From Lophium mytilinum (taxonomy: Eukaryota): a stretch of 64,000 bases of DNA. A program made the translations under genes and the position numbers. Positions within the stretch are counted from its first letter, which is position 1; every line of letters starts with the position of its first letter. Below are positions 37,764 through 50,897 of this stretch, in pieces. Location: the NCBI GenBank assembly GCA_010093605.1, contig MU004198.1, positions 1,304,726 through 1,368,725 on the forward strand. Reading direction: 5' to 3'. The notes under the pieces were generated by a model. The model had not been told where the DNA came from, made no database searches, and saw only the letters and a program-made list of their open reading frames with translations.

Positions 37764-38798
37764 ATGTCGAACGTTCAGGCTGCCACGCGCTCGCAGCCGA
37801 AGCGCAAGAGAGCTCAAGTCAAGTACTATGAAGGCAACGACGACGATTTGCTTGCATCGGACCAGGAAGTCGAGGAGTTTTCGACGAGCAAGGTTTGAAG
37901 CAATATGCCGAGTCTTCACGACGAGTCTGACCCTCCTCAGAGATCAAAGGCAAAGCCCAGACCGCTTCCGAAGCGTAAAATATTTCCATTTCTCTCTCTC
38001 CCGGCTGAGCTTCGGAACATCATCTACGAACACGCTCTTGTGGATGGAAATGGTGTTCATCTAATAGCGAAGACCGAGCATTACCGTCGTGTTGTCATCC
38101 GCGAGAACCCAGTGACGAATGTTGTCAACGGACCGTTCGGCCGTGTACGGTACCGGAACGGCTTTCCTCATCCTTATGGAGGATCGAATGAGGAAGAGGA
38201 TGAAGAAGAGTCCAGTAAACCGATATCTTTTGTCCCTTCCCTCTTGGCCGTCAATCGCCAGATCTGCGCAGAAGCGCTTCCCATCCTGTACAGCAACAAA
38301 TTCATGCTCGAAGACACGACCGCCCTGCATTCCTTCATGGCCGACCTCAGACCGAAAACCCGGGAGCTATTGGAGGATGTCACCATTCAGGGCTGGGGTT
38401 ACACCAAGGCTCATAAAGCGCTAAACCATCCGGGACTAACTATGCTCTCTGGCGCCGTCAATCTGAAGCGTCTGCACTTCCAGTGCCGCATCGGCTGGGG
38501 CAACAACGTCCGGAAAGTAGCGAGACAAGTTTACCGCGACGGCTTCCATTGGCTCGAGGCTGTTGGAGTGGCTAAGGGAAATTATGACGCTGCTGTGGAT
38601 CTCATCTCCTTAGCCGAATTTACTCATCATCGATCTCCTTGGCGGATTCCAAATGAAGAAGACGCTGTTGACCAAGCTGCGAAGATGGAGGCCTTCGGAG
38701 ATGAACTACGCAAATTGCTTAGCTACAAGAAGCCATCCAGCTCCCGCAAGAGCGAAGGCAAACGCAATGGAAAGGGCAAAGGGAAGGTAGACGATTAG
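37764..38798 (+). CDS. F-box-like (2EXR/DUF7730-type) protein
   Basis: ATG 37764, intron near 37893-37941; FPFLSLPAELRNIIYEHAL and LLAVNRQICAEALPILYSNKF motifs. Confidence 0.78.
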
Positions 38799-39457
38799 CG
38801 CATGCATGGAAACGTTCTGTGCATAGTTCTTACAGTTTGTGCATAATTCGGCATCACGATTCTCCGGTTTTCGGGTTCATGTTATCTTTTATCCTGTAGT
38901 TCTGGAGGGTTTCATTTCTGTTTCCTGCATTTACTCGGGGCAAGCGTGCATACAGTAAGGATGATTCATTAGGTCTCTTATTTGCGTATGATCTTTCTCG
39001 TGCACGCGCTGCTAGCTGGAGCCTATAGGCCTATTCTACACCATCCAATCCGTTAGATGTATTTAAATTCAGTATATCATACTACCAGGCTCTACTGAAC
39101 ATGAAATAGCAATCTAAATAGCGAAATGCTTTTCTGAACTCTACTAATTTGAGGTACTTGTGCAAGAATCCCTAGCACTGCTTGAAGTATTCTAGTGCTT
39201 GACCGAAAAGCATGAAACGATAATTTTGGTGAACCTGATACCTCTCTAGGCTATCTCGGCCGGTGTAAGGTTGGTGTTCTATATTCTCGGAAATCTGACG
39301 TTGCGCAAAGGTCTGGATATTAAATCGCTTCTGGGTGGGCGTTAGAGCATTGTTGGAAGGTCTTTTATATGACGCTCACAGCAGTTAGGGTATACAAATT
39401 ACTTGCTAGCATCGTTACATCATTCAATCAAAAAGGATTGTCGTGAAGGAGGCCCAA

Positions 39458-39465
39458 GTCACGTG
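39458..39465. promoter_or_regulatory. GTCACGTG E-box (Cbf1/bHLH-type site) upstream of PRP19
   Basis: Exact RTCACGTG about 100 bp upstream of ATG 39565. Confidence 0.3.
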
Positions 39466-39564
39466 AGGCACCGGGTCGGAAAAACTGCTCGGAGCCTCCA
39501 GAAAATGGCTTCGACGACAGCCTGAAGCTGGCAACCTTGAACATTCGTACAATCCACCGCTAAG

Positions 39565-41175
39565 ATGCTTTGCGCCAGTGGGTACCTCATTATGCGTATG
39601 ATTTATTGCCATCGCTGACAGTCTCTTTAGTTTCTGGAGAAGCGCCCCAATTCCCCGTAGCTTCGCGCAAAAGCGGTTCGTACACAACCTTGCCCTTTGA
39701 GTCTGGATCGCGTCTGACGGCAGCTAGGCAATGTCTTCGAGAAGCGCTTGATCGAAGCGCATATTGCAGAGCACCACACGGATCCAGTAACGGGCGAGGA
39801 TCTTTCCGTAGACGACCTCATTGAACTCAAATCATCTCACGTCGTCAAACCTCGACCCCAAACCCTGACCTCTATTCCCTCACTTCTATCCGCCTTCCAG
39901 GCCGAATGGGACGCGATCACTCTCGAGACCTTCACATTGAAGCAACAGCTATCACAAACGCGGAAAGAGCTTAGCATCGCGCTATACCAGAATGATGCAG
40001 CCACGAGGGTCATTGCGAGGATTACGAGAGAGCGCGACGAGGCTAGAGAGGCGCTCTCGAATGTCACGATAAGCGGGGCCACCAATGGTGATGCAATGCA
40101 AGTCGACAACCAGGAACTGTCTCAGGAACTGGCGGAAAAGGTTGAGGAGACTATGCAACAGTATGTCCTGTCCCAGCGTAGTTTTGGGCATAATCTAATG
40201 GTCCTAGACTCTCGAGCACGCGGCGCAAACGCCCTATTCCAGACGGCTGGGCCACTGCGGAGACGATCGAAGCATTGGAACCCAAAGACTCCTCCGAACC
40301 GCTCTACCCCGGTAGCAGCATTGTATCTATCGACAAGGAGAAAGATCTTGCCCTTTTCGGCGGAGCTGATGGTGTTGCTGGTGTCTACTCCGTATCACAG
40401 AAGCAGGTTGTGAATGCTCTGAAGTGTGGAAGCGCGGTGACGGCGACAGCGTGGTGGGGATCGCGCCAGGTTGTGGCGACCTCTGCGGGCGCAGTAAAAG
40501 TCTTCGAGGACGGTGCAGAGGTTGCGCAGCTCGGATCTCATGCTGGGTCTGCCACGTCGCTGGCTTTGCACCCAAGTGGAGATATCCTGGCGTCGACTGG
40601 AGTGGATAAGAGCTTCATATTCTACGACCTGACGAGCATGAAGGTTGCTTTACATATCTACACCGACACAGGTATGCATGACCCCTTGTTTTTATTGCAG
40701 TTCACTAATGTCCACAGAAATCTCGTGCAGCGAGTTTCATCCAGATGGTCATTTACTCGGAGTGGGCGGCAAGGATGGACAGATCAAACTCTTCGAAGTA
40801 AAGACTGGGGCTGACGCTGCCTCCTTTGATGCTGGCGGTGTGCCCAACAGTCTCTCGTTCTCAGAGAACGGTACTTGGCTTGCTTGGTCCGTCAAAGGAC
40901 AGACCAGCGTTACTATCTTCGATCTCCGGAAGATGCAGACCATCAAGGTGCTTGATGTTGGAAGTCCAGTCGAAAGCGTGCACTGGGATTACACCGGACA
41001 ATTCGTCGCGGTCGCAGGGCCGGGCTGCGTCTCGGTGCAGCAATACTCGAAGTCGTCGAAAAGCTGGTCAGAACCGTTCAGGAAGGCTATCCCCGCCAAG
41101 GACCTGCAGTGGGGACCGGATGCATCTTCTCTGGTTGTATTGACGCCGGAGGGCGCTATCAGCATCTTAGGGTGA
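39565..41175 (+). CDS. PRP19: Pre-mRNA splicing factor Prp19/Cwf8 (U-box, coiled coil, WD40)
   Basis: Spliced MLCA|ISGEAPQFPVASRKS|GNVFEKRLIE..DPVTGE U-box, TSIPSLLSAFQAEWDA, LYQNDAATRVIAR, then WD40 repeats; four introns. Confidence 0.95.
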
Positions 41176-41643
41176 ATGAGGCAAAGGCGCGTGTCAAGTG
41201 GTTCTGGGAATGGAGTTTCGAGTGTAATATAGCAAATAGTTGGCTTGCAGACAAATGCGATGGACACGGAACAGTTTCAATCCCATCACCTTGGAATGCA
41301 CGACTGTCTCGCCTCACTTCCTCGTGACAGGCGCATGGCGACCAACGTGAACTCTGGTAGCCTAGCGGTTCGGTCGACCGTCTTTCTCCAGCGTGACAAA
41401 TCCAACGAGTGCGCCTGTCGCTTTCCTCACCTTTCATCTTTGTTCTGATGGGGTGGAATGTCATGCGCCGCTGCTGGTAGTTGACGCCTTAACCCTTGCC
41501 ACCACCAAACCCGCTGTACACAACAACTCAGCGTCCGTGGACACAGCGCACCGACACCCGCCTCCTCTGCACTTTGGCCCGATCTCGCTCCTCTTCACGC
41601 CTACCTTTCCTCAACCTTAGACCTCATCGGACCAACACAGAGC

Positions 41644-42972
41644 ATGGACGACGACTCGTTCTACGGTTGCTCGCACAGACATAAGGTATGTAGAGCCTCA
41701 GCTTCCAGCGCAGGTCTGCTAGGTGCGCTTTCAGAGCCGCGGGACTAATTGTGCTCCTCTGCAGAGGACTCGGAATCACATGGACGGCGAAAGGCCGTCT
41801 TCTTCTTGGAGCAGCAGCCCGTTCCTCCGCGTCCGCTCCACCTCAGAGGAGTCCAGTTCAAGCCCCCGCCCACCTCAACGCCGCCTCCCAGGACTCGAGG
41901 GCCTCACGGGAATCGAGTTTCCTCGCATACCCAGACAGAGATACGCAGGAGACGGGCTGGACTTCAGGCGACCGGTTGCTTCGACATCACGCAATACGGA
42001 CATGGACGTCATTGATTTGACTGCGGACGATGCGGGGCCTTCTCGACCGCCAGAGCCCATAGAAACCGCCTCTATTCGTGCTTCACGGCCACCGCGGTAT
42101 CACCGAGAGATTATTGACATCGAAGATCTGGATGACGTGCCCGGGCAAACGTCCTCCCATCGACCAGAGAACACCGCACAAGGACCAGAGAGCCCGGACG
42201 TAGAGTTCATCTCTGCCCGCACAATCGATCCACCACGCCGACCCCCTCCGAATCCAAACCACTACCATGCCGATATCGATCTAACAGACGACGACGACTT
42301 CCTCCGAGCATTGGAGCATCCGCATCATGATGAACGGGCAAATCCTTTCACGGCAGGGGCGATTGAGTTAGTTCAACGACGGATGGGAAACATGATGAGG
42401 TTGGAAGGATTCCGGCAAGGGTTTGTTGGAGCGGGAGGAGCAGAGTTGCGGCGAGTTCTGGGGATAGGTGGTGCGGCGCGTGGGCCTCAGCTACGGACAG
42501 CTCGACGTCAGGGAAACGTTGTCCAGTTTGCTGCGCCAGAGCTGAATTTTGCGGCGGTGGGTTTCGATCTCGGCGTGGACAGAGAGCGTCCACCGCCGCC
42601 GCCGCCGCCAACATACAAGAAACCGGACCCAGCGCCAAAAGGCTTCACGAGATCGCCAGTGGAAGACGAGGTTCTGATATGTCCGAATTGCAGAGACGAG
42701 CTTTGTACTGGAGACTCCGATCTTAAGAAACAGGCTTGGATTGTTAAAGGATGCGGTCATGTCAGTATCACCCAGTTTCAGTGCAGGAGAACCAGGTCAC
42801 TAACTTCGCGTAGGTCTATTGTGGGGAATGTACAGAACATCGCCAACTCAAAGGACGGAAGACGAAGAGCAGATCTATCGAGAACCTCCCACCAGCCTTC
42901 AAGACTTGTGTTGTTGAAGGCTGCGACAAGAAAGTGGTCAGCAAGACTTCTATGATCCAAGTCTACCTTTGA
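41644..42972 (+). CDS. SUMO-targeted ubiquitin ligase subunit, Slx5/Rfp1-like RING protein
   Basis: SIM-like motifs VIDLT, IIDIED, VEFIS and IDLTDDD. C-terminal RING-like CPNCRDEL..GCGH|VYCGEC..CVVEGC across an intron at about 42761-42813. Confidence 0.78.
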
Positions 42973-43499
42973 AAGACCGTGTCTGATTGCGCTGATTCTT
43001 TCATCGAGTTTACCTTACATTCGAGCGTTACAATCTCGTCAAGTGTCATCAGCATGTTCCTATCATGGAATACCTTTTCCTTGTTTCTTGTTGTCGCATT
43101 GCATAGCCCTGGAGTTCAGGTACTCGGGCTCATAGATCTGGTTTGGGACTTTGTTGGTGGGGGCGTCAATGGTCTTGGGCATAGGGCCGCCGGCGGTATT
43201 ACGATTTGGGCTGTATGTAGGCTAGAGGTATATAATGTTACTTTTCTGGAGCAATTAGAATCCAACTTCATTTTCGAAACCTTTGCCCGAAGGTCAGGCC
43301 AATCTGCAATCGACGCGTAGAGAGCCTCGGCTTTTCCGGGGTTAACGCGCCAAGCATGCCTGTCCCGTCTCACATCTGTTGAGCTTTAACCTCTCACCAG
43401 AAATTCATCACACCCCAAACTTCAACCACCACTTCGACCGACCGCCTTTCCTTCAAGATCATCGGTTAGACCTCTCTTCTGTCGGCATCTTCCCCCAAA

Positions 43500-44406
43500 A
43501 TGTCAACCCAATCCCGCCCCTCCAGCGCGAAATCAAACTACCTCCTCGCCTACAACTTCGTCTCCGCAGCTCTCTGGCTCACGGTACTTGGCCGTGTTGT
43601 GCTGATCAGTAAGGACAATGGCGGGCCAGTGAAGGCGGCCGAGACGGGGAAGGTGTATCAAGGGCTCGAGAGCTTTACGAGACTGGTCCAAACGGGCGCA
43701 TTGCTCGAGGTTGTCCATAGCTTGGTTGGTGAGTGGGATCTCAACATTCGCTTCATTGGCGAGGCAAAACGAGGCTTCTGAGAAGAAAGGAAGAGATATT
43801 AAGACTTTGGAAGCTGGCTAACCCTCTCAAGGCATCGTCCGCGCCCCCATCTTCACGACCTTGACCCAAGTCGCGAGCCGCATCCTGCTGACTTGGGGCG
43901 TGGGATACAACTTCCCGCAGACCACGGCGAACAGCCCAGCCTACTCGAGTATGTTGCTTGCGTGGTCGGTGACGGAGGTGGTGCGGTATTCGTATTTTGT
44001 GTTTGTGCTGGGTGGTGTGGGGGTTCCGGGGGTGCTGAGCTGGATGAGGTGAGTCTTTTTCTCCGGTCAACTTCAGCTGTCAGAGAGCATTGAAGGAAAA
44101 CTAGACCTCGAGCGCTAATCAATATTCGTGCAGATATAATACCTTCTTCCTTCTATATCCTATCGGAATCTCGAGCGAGTGTTGGCTGATCTATAAAGCC
44201 ATCGCACCGGCGTCGGAGTGGAACCCACTGTTTGGGTATGCCTTCTGGGGTGTGCTGGCGACTTATGTGCCTGGTAAGTCGCTTCCGCTCATTTTAGTGC
44301 CTTGAGAATCTGACAGTTGCTCCCTCTAGGCGCGTATATGCTATACACCTACATGATGAGCCAACGGCGACGCGTCATGCGCGGCAAGGGGAAGGCGAAG
44401 CAGTAG
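43500..44406 (+). CDS. PHS1: Very-long-chain 3-hydroxyacyl-CoA dehydratase (PTPLA family)
   Basis: YLLAYNFVSA, QTGALLEVVHSLVG, QVASR, AWSVTEVVRYSYF, RYNTFFLLYPIGISSE and LYTYMMSQRRR motifs; three introns. Confidence 0.93.
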
Positions 44407-44584
44407 ATTCCGAAAACTTTCCTGAAGCGTTGCCAGCGATACCAGGTAAGTGTGCAACGGCTTAATACCATAGTGCTTTACTGTACATTATGTAATTATG
44501 AGCCAAACATATATACCGCTTCCCAGGCACACTACCTATGTCTGCTTTCCCCTCATTCACAGTCTACGTTGACTCAAATCGGTT

Positions 44585-46520
44585 CTATCTTTCCTCTTCT
44601 TGATTATCATGCCCTAGTCTTCTTTCTTGTGCTCTCTCAGCAGCTTCTAGCTGTCCAGGTGTTGGCAGATCCGGTGCCTCTGTTTCAATTGCTGTCGGCG
44701 GCTCTATCCTCACTATCGGCCCTGAATCCATCTCAAAGACCTCAGAAAACCGCCCTTGTCGACGTCCTTGTTCATCCAACTCGGAGGGCTTTGGGAATGT
44801 TTCATTGCCCCCTGGTGCTTCCAACACCCCGAATTTGTGGTGCGAGGGTAGCTCGTGGATTCCTGAACTATCAAGCTCTTGCTCATCACCCGCCTTTTGC
44901 GCCCGAATAACGTGCAACGGCACAGCGAGCCGGTTCTGTTCCCGCTCTGTATCGATTGCATCGAGCTCAGATGCCTTCCCGCACCCACATAGACCGCGAC
45001 GGCGCATGAAATACCACAGCCCGGCCCCGAGGATGGCTGCTCCTGCGATACCTCCAATAGCAATGCCAGCGATTGCGCCGCCACTTAGCGACGAAGTATG
45101 TGATCCGCCTTCGTTCCCAGTGGGAGTTGTGGTATTAGAAGGATTTTCAGCTGTATCATTGACCGACCGAATCGCAACGATACTTGATTTCACATTCGGC
45201 TCCCATTTGCACGGGTGCACGGAGAAGTTGAGCCTCTCATAATCGGCAATCAAATACGCCTCCTGCAGAAATGCCCGACCGAGCGTGTACTGCGTGTCGT
45301 TTGAAGCGCGCTTGAGAGGGAAGTAGCGCGTCGTTTCCTTGACGTGCGGCCAGGAAATGTTCAGATCGAATGCAGCGTATGGCAGAACGATGTCGACTGT
45401 CTCGCCGCCGGATGTGGTGCTGCCAAGGGTAAAAGTGACGTTCGCGTTCTGCTTTAAGAGGGAGGTGTGCTGTGTAGAGTTCAAAAGGTAGAGTTCCGAA
45501 GTGTCGTTCCAGGTCAGCCCAAATGCTATCTCGAACGCTGAGCAAGCGGAGTTGGGCAGATAAAAGTACGGGAGAGTGGAGTCGATGAAGGCGAAGAGTC
45601 CTGTCTCCAGTAAAGAGGTCCCCGAAGACGATATCTTCTGTACGCCTACAAGGAGGTCGCGGGATATGTCTTCGTAGAAAGGGAAAGTGACGGGGCTGGG
45701 TGTGAAGCGGGACGTGTCGTACCCTCCGAAGATGAGAGAGCCATAGATCTTGTCGAGACCTAAATTCGGTAAGTCAACGCCTAGCCATCAGAATGCTCTA
45801 CGCTAAAGTATCAAAGGCTCACGGTATTGCGCTCCTGCAGTATATGCCCAGGAAACGCTCGGTATGGCCTCCTGGTTCCTCAACGACTGAACAAGACTAA
45901 CTTGCGGGTTGTTGACAAAGGTTGAGAAGTTCGTTGGCCGCGGATTTAGGCCGAGGACTCCAAGCCATGTCATAGTAGTATCGCCCAGTCCAGCCACTAT
46001 GGAATGCTCAACGGTGGGCCCGCCACTGCCTTGCCACCCTAGAGTGACAGTGTCGAATCCATAGTCTCCGAATAGATCAAAGCCGAGATTTTCTTCGATG
46101 CCAACCTCAAAGATAGAATTGGGAACCCATGTCAAGGAACTGTTCTTGTTGAAGAGTCCGCCTCGAGCATCTTTGCAGTTGCTCGGTGCGTCTTCTGGGC
46201 AGCCGACATCTATGACTACCAGTGTCGAGGTCGATGCCGTCGATGGGAAGACGCGTAAGTTCTGGGCTGTCTTGCCTACTTGGATCGCGAAAGATGACCA
46301 CGGACCATCATTACCCTCCCAGTACTGCGACACACTGGACGTATTTAGTAAACTGCACACCAATGGCGGGGTACTTGGCTCCTTACCTAGCTACCACAGG
46401 AGCTGGAATCGTGGTGTTAGTCTCACCACGCAGGACGACATTGTCTCTCAGCACATGGCCCGCAGCTCTCGATGCTATAGTCAAGAGAATGGCAGCTCCA
46501 TTGTACCCAAAGGGCTTCAT
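44585..46520 (-). CDS. Membrane-anchored A1 aspartic protease-like protein with non-canonical catalytic motifs
   Basis: Signal peptide, WEGNDGPWSSF, GVLGL, SLIFGGYD, FIDSTLPYFYLP, TLGRAFLQEAYLIADYE, and C-terminal TM LSGGAIAGIAIGG; two introns. Confidence 0.85.
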
Positions 46521-47378
46521 CCTCGGACCAGAAGAACGTGCATTTGGTGTGGGGTGTGGAGGGGACTGACAGGAGAGAAAGTGGACAGGTCTCGGCACCA
46601 AGAAACAAATCACCTGCAGGTTTACTCATCGGGAATATAATAACATCGCCATCGACTTCAGCCTCCGCCCCGCCGACGGGGCACGAGGGAGCCACCTGCA
46701 GCCACCACCCTGAATGGGCCGAACCGGCGAGCGGGATACTGGTTCATGCGGCTAGGGTAGGCGACCTGGGCATGGGTATCGAGGAGTTGAACCTTGCATA
46801 AGGAGGTTGATCCCACGTTTTTGCTGGCCCCCAAGTATTGCAAAGCCAAGGCAACTTCAATTATTGCCTACTCTGGGTATTAGAGAACTCGGAAAGGCTG
46901 CTCCAGATCCAGTTTAATATCTACATTTCCTCTCATTTGTTCCTTAAGCGAACAAATCGATACACTATCGTTTTACCCATGTCCTCATTTTTGCTTCGTC
47001 AGCGCCCTGCCAAGACATAGCATGCCGTATTTGGCATACCATCCCGAATCCAACCCATCGCGCTGCGGAGCTTTACTTTGTACCTGCTGACTGCTCCACG
47101 CTTCTATGTACCGAGTACTATGGTACAATGTGCAAGCCTAGCCTCATAAGCTTCGGTGGCGTCAGCAGTCAGCACACCCACGAGGCCCAGGTACCAGTTC
47201 ATGCAGCTCGGGACAGCTGCACATGGACTTGTGCCTGCGTCCAGAGTAGCTCCCAAGTTGGTAGCCCGAGTGTGGATGCTATGTGAGTAACTTAGACCCG
47301 CCATGACCGCACCTCGGAGCTCTCATAGCTTCCATCAATCCTTCGCCACTACCTTTTGCTGGACCAATAAAGGATAAA

Positions 47379-50045
47379 ATGTATTCGTATTGCTTCATCA
47401 TTTTAGCACTGCTCTTGTGCGATAGAGGTGATGCACTGGCCGCAAGGCGGCATGTCGGATTTCCTCGCCGAAAACGTGAGTCTGCCTTGTCCTTTAGTTC
47501 GGAGTCAAAAATCTGCTCTACTTTACTACTGCGAGCCCGATTGAGGTTCAACAGTGCAGCAGCATGCGCCGAGGAATCCGGCAGCTAGTGTATGTCTTGC
47601 TGTCTGCTGAGCATATCATAGTGTTTCATCAAGTACCCTGGTCAAGCGTTGTGTACTTTCTACTCAATGTTTCTATATAATTTTGGACAATCCTCTGCAG
47701 TAGGCGCGCACTGACATCAGGAAAGAGATATCGAACTCTACCAACACGTGTCCAACTACCTATCCGAGGACCCCGACCGCAGTACCATTCGTGACAGCGT
47801 CTGGCTGTGATTCCATATACGTCGCCGACGATGATGACGGCTGGTACTACGACTACGCAGATCCTTGCATCAAGTCCTATTGCTATTCGAGCCTTCGGAG
47901 CTATTCTAATTACTACGAGACCGCTGGAATAACGAAATATTACGTATATACCCGAACCTATAATTCGGGTATATTGGGGACTGGAACCCTCTCCGACGTG
48001 GTCACAGCGGAATCTTATTATACCCTGACTGAAAGCAGTACGTAAGCCAACTGCTCTCATAGTCTGCTCTACTGATAACTATGGCTAGGGATTGCCGTGG
48101 CTGGAGACAACTTCTCCCCTTCACCACCTTGCTGTGGACATTGCACGTTGAGTGCGGCGACCATCCAGCTCTTCTACTGGTCTGATCAGGTCAAAGCGCC
48201 AGCAGCTACTGCTGCTGCAATCAGTGGAGATGGGGATGGGATTTACGTAGACCCTGACTCCGGCTTTACTTTTACTTCTCCGAGTGTTTATATCGCATTT
48301 TCGTCCTTGGGCGCCACAGACTTTTGCGGAACCGTAGGGGATGTAAGTGTTTCCAACCGCCATGCTCAGCAAGCTTCTTTACGATACTGACATTTTACTA
48401 GACGTATTACAACACCACGATCGCCCTTGATGCAAGCGAGATAAGTACCATACGAGATTACATTACCACCCAGAATTGCACGTTCCACGACCCCGACGAC
48501 GGTACTCCCTTTACAGAAGGCGCAACATCACTACCCCCTCCGGCACCAATTACCTGGGCAGACGTCGGACAGAATTGCTCTACGATAGCAGGCTACTATT
48601 ACTTTTCAGATGCCTTCTTCAACGAGGGCAATATTGGCGACCCATGCCATCCAGTTCTTGCCATTCCTACCAGAATTCAGGCGCTCCAGTCGGCTTGGGC
48701 TTCTTGCGAACCAGGTTACGATGGAGGCTTCTACGACCCCCCTAAAACGCTCACGCAAGGGATACTGCTTGTACCAACGACTGCTGCCCCGGCTTCGTCT
48801 ACGCCTACGATCGTGCCGCCAACTAGCTCTGTACCGGCGATACCTGATAATACTCCAACATCTGCTGCGGCCCCCCCTCCTCCCCCTCCGCCTCCACCTC
48901 CACCTCCACCTTCATCTACTCCGCTAGGTGCTCCACCTCCCGTCTCGCCATCATCTGACCCAGTCGATCCAGCCACTACCGTGGTTGATCCGGGGACTAG
49001 CGCGGCAGACCCGGGGAACAGTCCCTCAGATCCAGCAACCAGCGCCCAAGACCCAGGCCAGCCTCAGCCTCCAAGCACAGTCGCAGATCCAGGCACTAGC
49101 GTTGTGGACCCTGGACAACCGGGGGATTCAGCGTCTTCCGCTTCGCCAGCTTCCCCGCCAGCCTCTTCAGTAGTCGTTGTTGGTGGCACTACACAGTTTG
49201 TAGCAGGCACTACACAAATCGTGGGGGGAACGACTCAGATCGTAACCGCACCGGCAGCTCCCCCGGCAGCTTCTTCAGTAGTCGTTGTCGGTGGCACTAC
49301 ACAGGTTGTAGCGGGCACTACACAGATTGTAGGGGGAACGACACAGATCGTAGAAAATCCAACCGCACCTGCAGCTCCTCCGCCAGTCTCTTCTATAACC
49401 GTTGTTGGTGGCACTACACAGGTTGTAGCAGGCACAACACAGATCGTGGGGGGAACGACACAGATCGTAGAAAATCCAACCGCACCTGTAGCTCCTCCAG
49501 TCATCACAATCGGCAGCAGCGCTATCACCGCCGCGCCGAATCCCACGGATCCCGCAAACCCGGTTTTCGTGGTCGGTGGAACTACTTTGACGCCTGGCGG
49601 TGCTACGGTTACCGTTTCGAATACCCCTATCTTCATTCCGTCGGGTGGTTCAAGCGTAGTGGTGGTGGGTACGCAGACGATCCCGTTGACTCCTTTACCA
49701 GCACCATCTCCGCCCCCATCCGCTACAATAACAGTCGGTGATCAGACATTTACCGTCAGTCCAACCAGCAGCGTCGTGGTGCTAGCGCCCGGGACAACAA
49801 TCTCCGTCGGTGGGCCGGCTGTAACGATTTCTGGCACGACTATCTCAGTTGGGTCGTCAGGCGTCGTAGTCATTGCGCCATCGTTGACGAGTACGGTTCT
49901 AATTGCGACAGGGACGGGGAGTGTAGCGGTGACCGGCACTGGCGAAACACCCGCGCAGTTCACAGGCGCAGCTGGGAGGAAAGGGGCATGGAGTGAGAGA
50001 ATGATGATGGTTGGGGTGCTGGGAGCGGGGTGGTTTGGGATGTAG
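47379..50045 (+). CDS. Secreted, probably GPI-anchored cell-wall protein with Cys-rich N-terminal domain and Thr/Val/Gly repeats
   Basis: Signal-peptide exon at 47379 (5' exon structure approximate). PPCCGHCTL..QLFYW..FTSPSVYIAF..DFCGTVG domain, poly-Pro, repeats, and QFTGAA..hydrophobic tail. Confidence 0.75.
49161..49500 (+). repeat. Three coding tandem repeats of 108-117 bp
   Basis: Units SSVVVVGGTTQ(F/V)VAGTTQIVGGTTQIV...APAAPP, each containing three nested 21-bp heptapeptide repeats. Confidence 0.9.
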
Positions 50046-50897
50046 ATGCTGAGAAAGGCGGCGATGTGATGATATCCATGGATGAGATGATATATATGAG
50101 GAAGAGGTATGAATGCCAGAAGGGTTGATATCACATACGCATCTCCTCTCACGTGGTCACTTACGTGTTCTCGTCCGCAGCTCCCCTCCCACTGGCTATA
50201 AAAGCGTCAACTCAATACCTGAGATATTCATCAAGGGGGCTTCGCGCCATGGATTGTAAAAGTTCAAGGAGCGTGGCTACATGCTTTGGCTGAGTTGACT
50301 CAACATCACCTTGACATCGCGTGCATGGTGCGGGTGGGAGTGTAAAGTCATGGCGAGTTTGCTCTTCATGAGAGGCTGGAGCGTGTGGGTGTTCGACAGA
50401 GAATAATGATGTTTTCCATCTCTAATATATTGAGACGATTGCCAAGATTACACAACCATCATCACCCCTATCACGACATTGATACTCTGACAACCATCAT
50501 GAGGTACGGAAGGTGTTCTTCATCATCGACTCCCTGGATGGTGGCGGCGGTGACCTCTCGACGACACCACCACCTCCACTACCACCATGATCGAGTGCGC
50601 TTAGTCATTTTTAAGATCACCACAGCTTCCACCCACTCCATCGACTCTTTTGCTGGTCGTGTTGGGACCCACTCCCCATCTACCCATGAAGAATAAAGTC
50701 AAGGACGCAACGGCGATGGGCTCTTATACCTAGAAGAATTCCGCCAGGACCTGTCATCCTGTGACATGGCACCTGACCGTTTACCACACATCACATGCTT
50801 CCACCCACTCACCACCGCCAGGGGCACCTCAGCACACTCAGAAAAACCGTAAAATGCCAGAAAACTTGCATTAGAGCAGCCACCCTATCCTAAACCC

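Noticed and set aside
50385..50696. His-rich 103-aa ORF
   Set aside because: Arises from CAC/CAT low-complexity sequence between convergent genes; no domain evidence.
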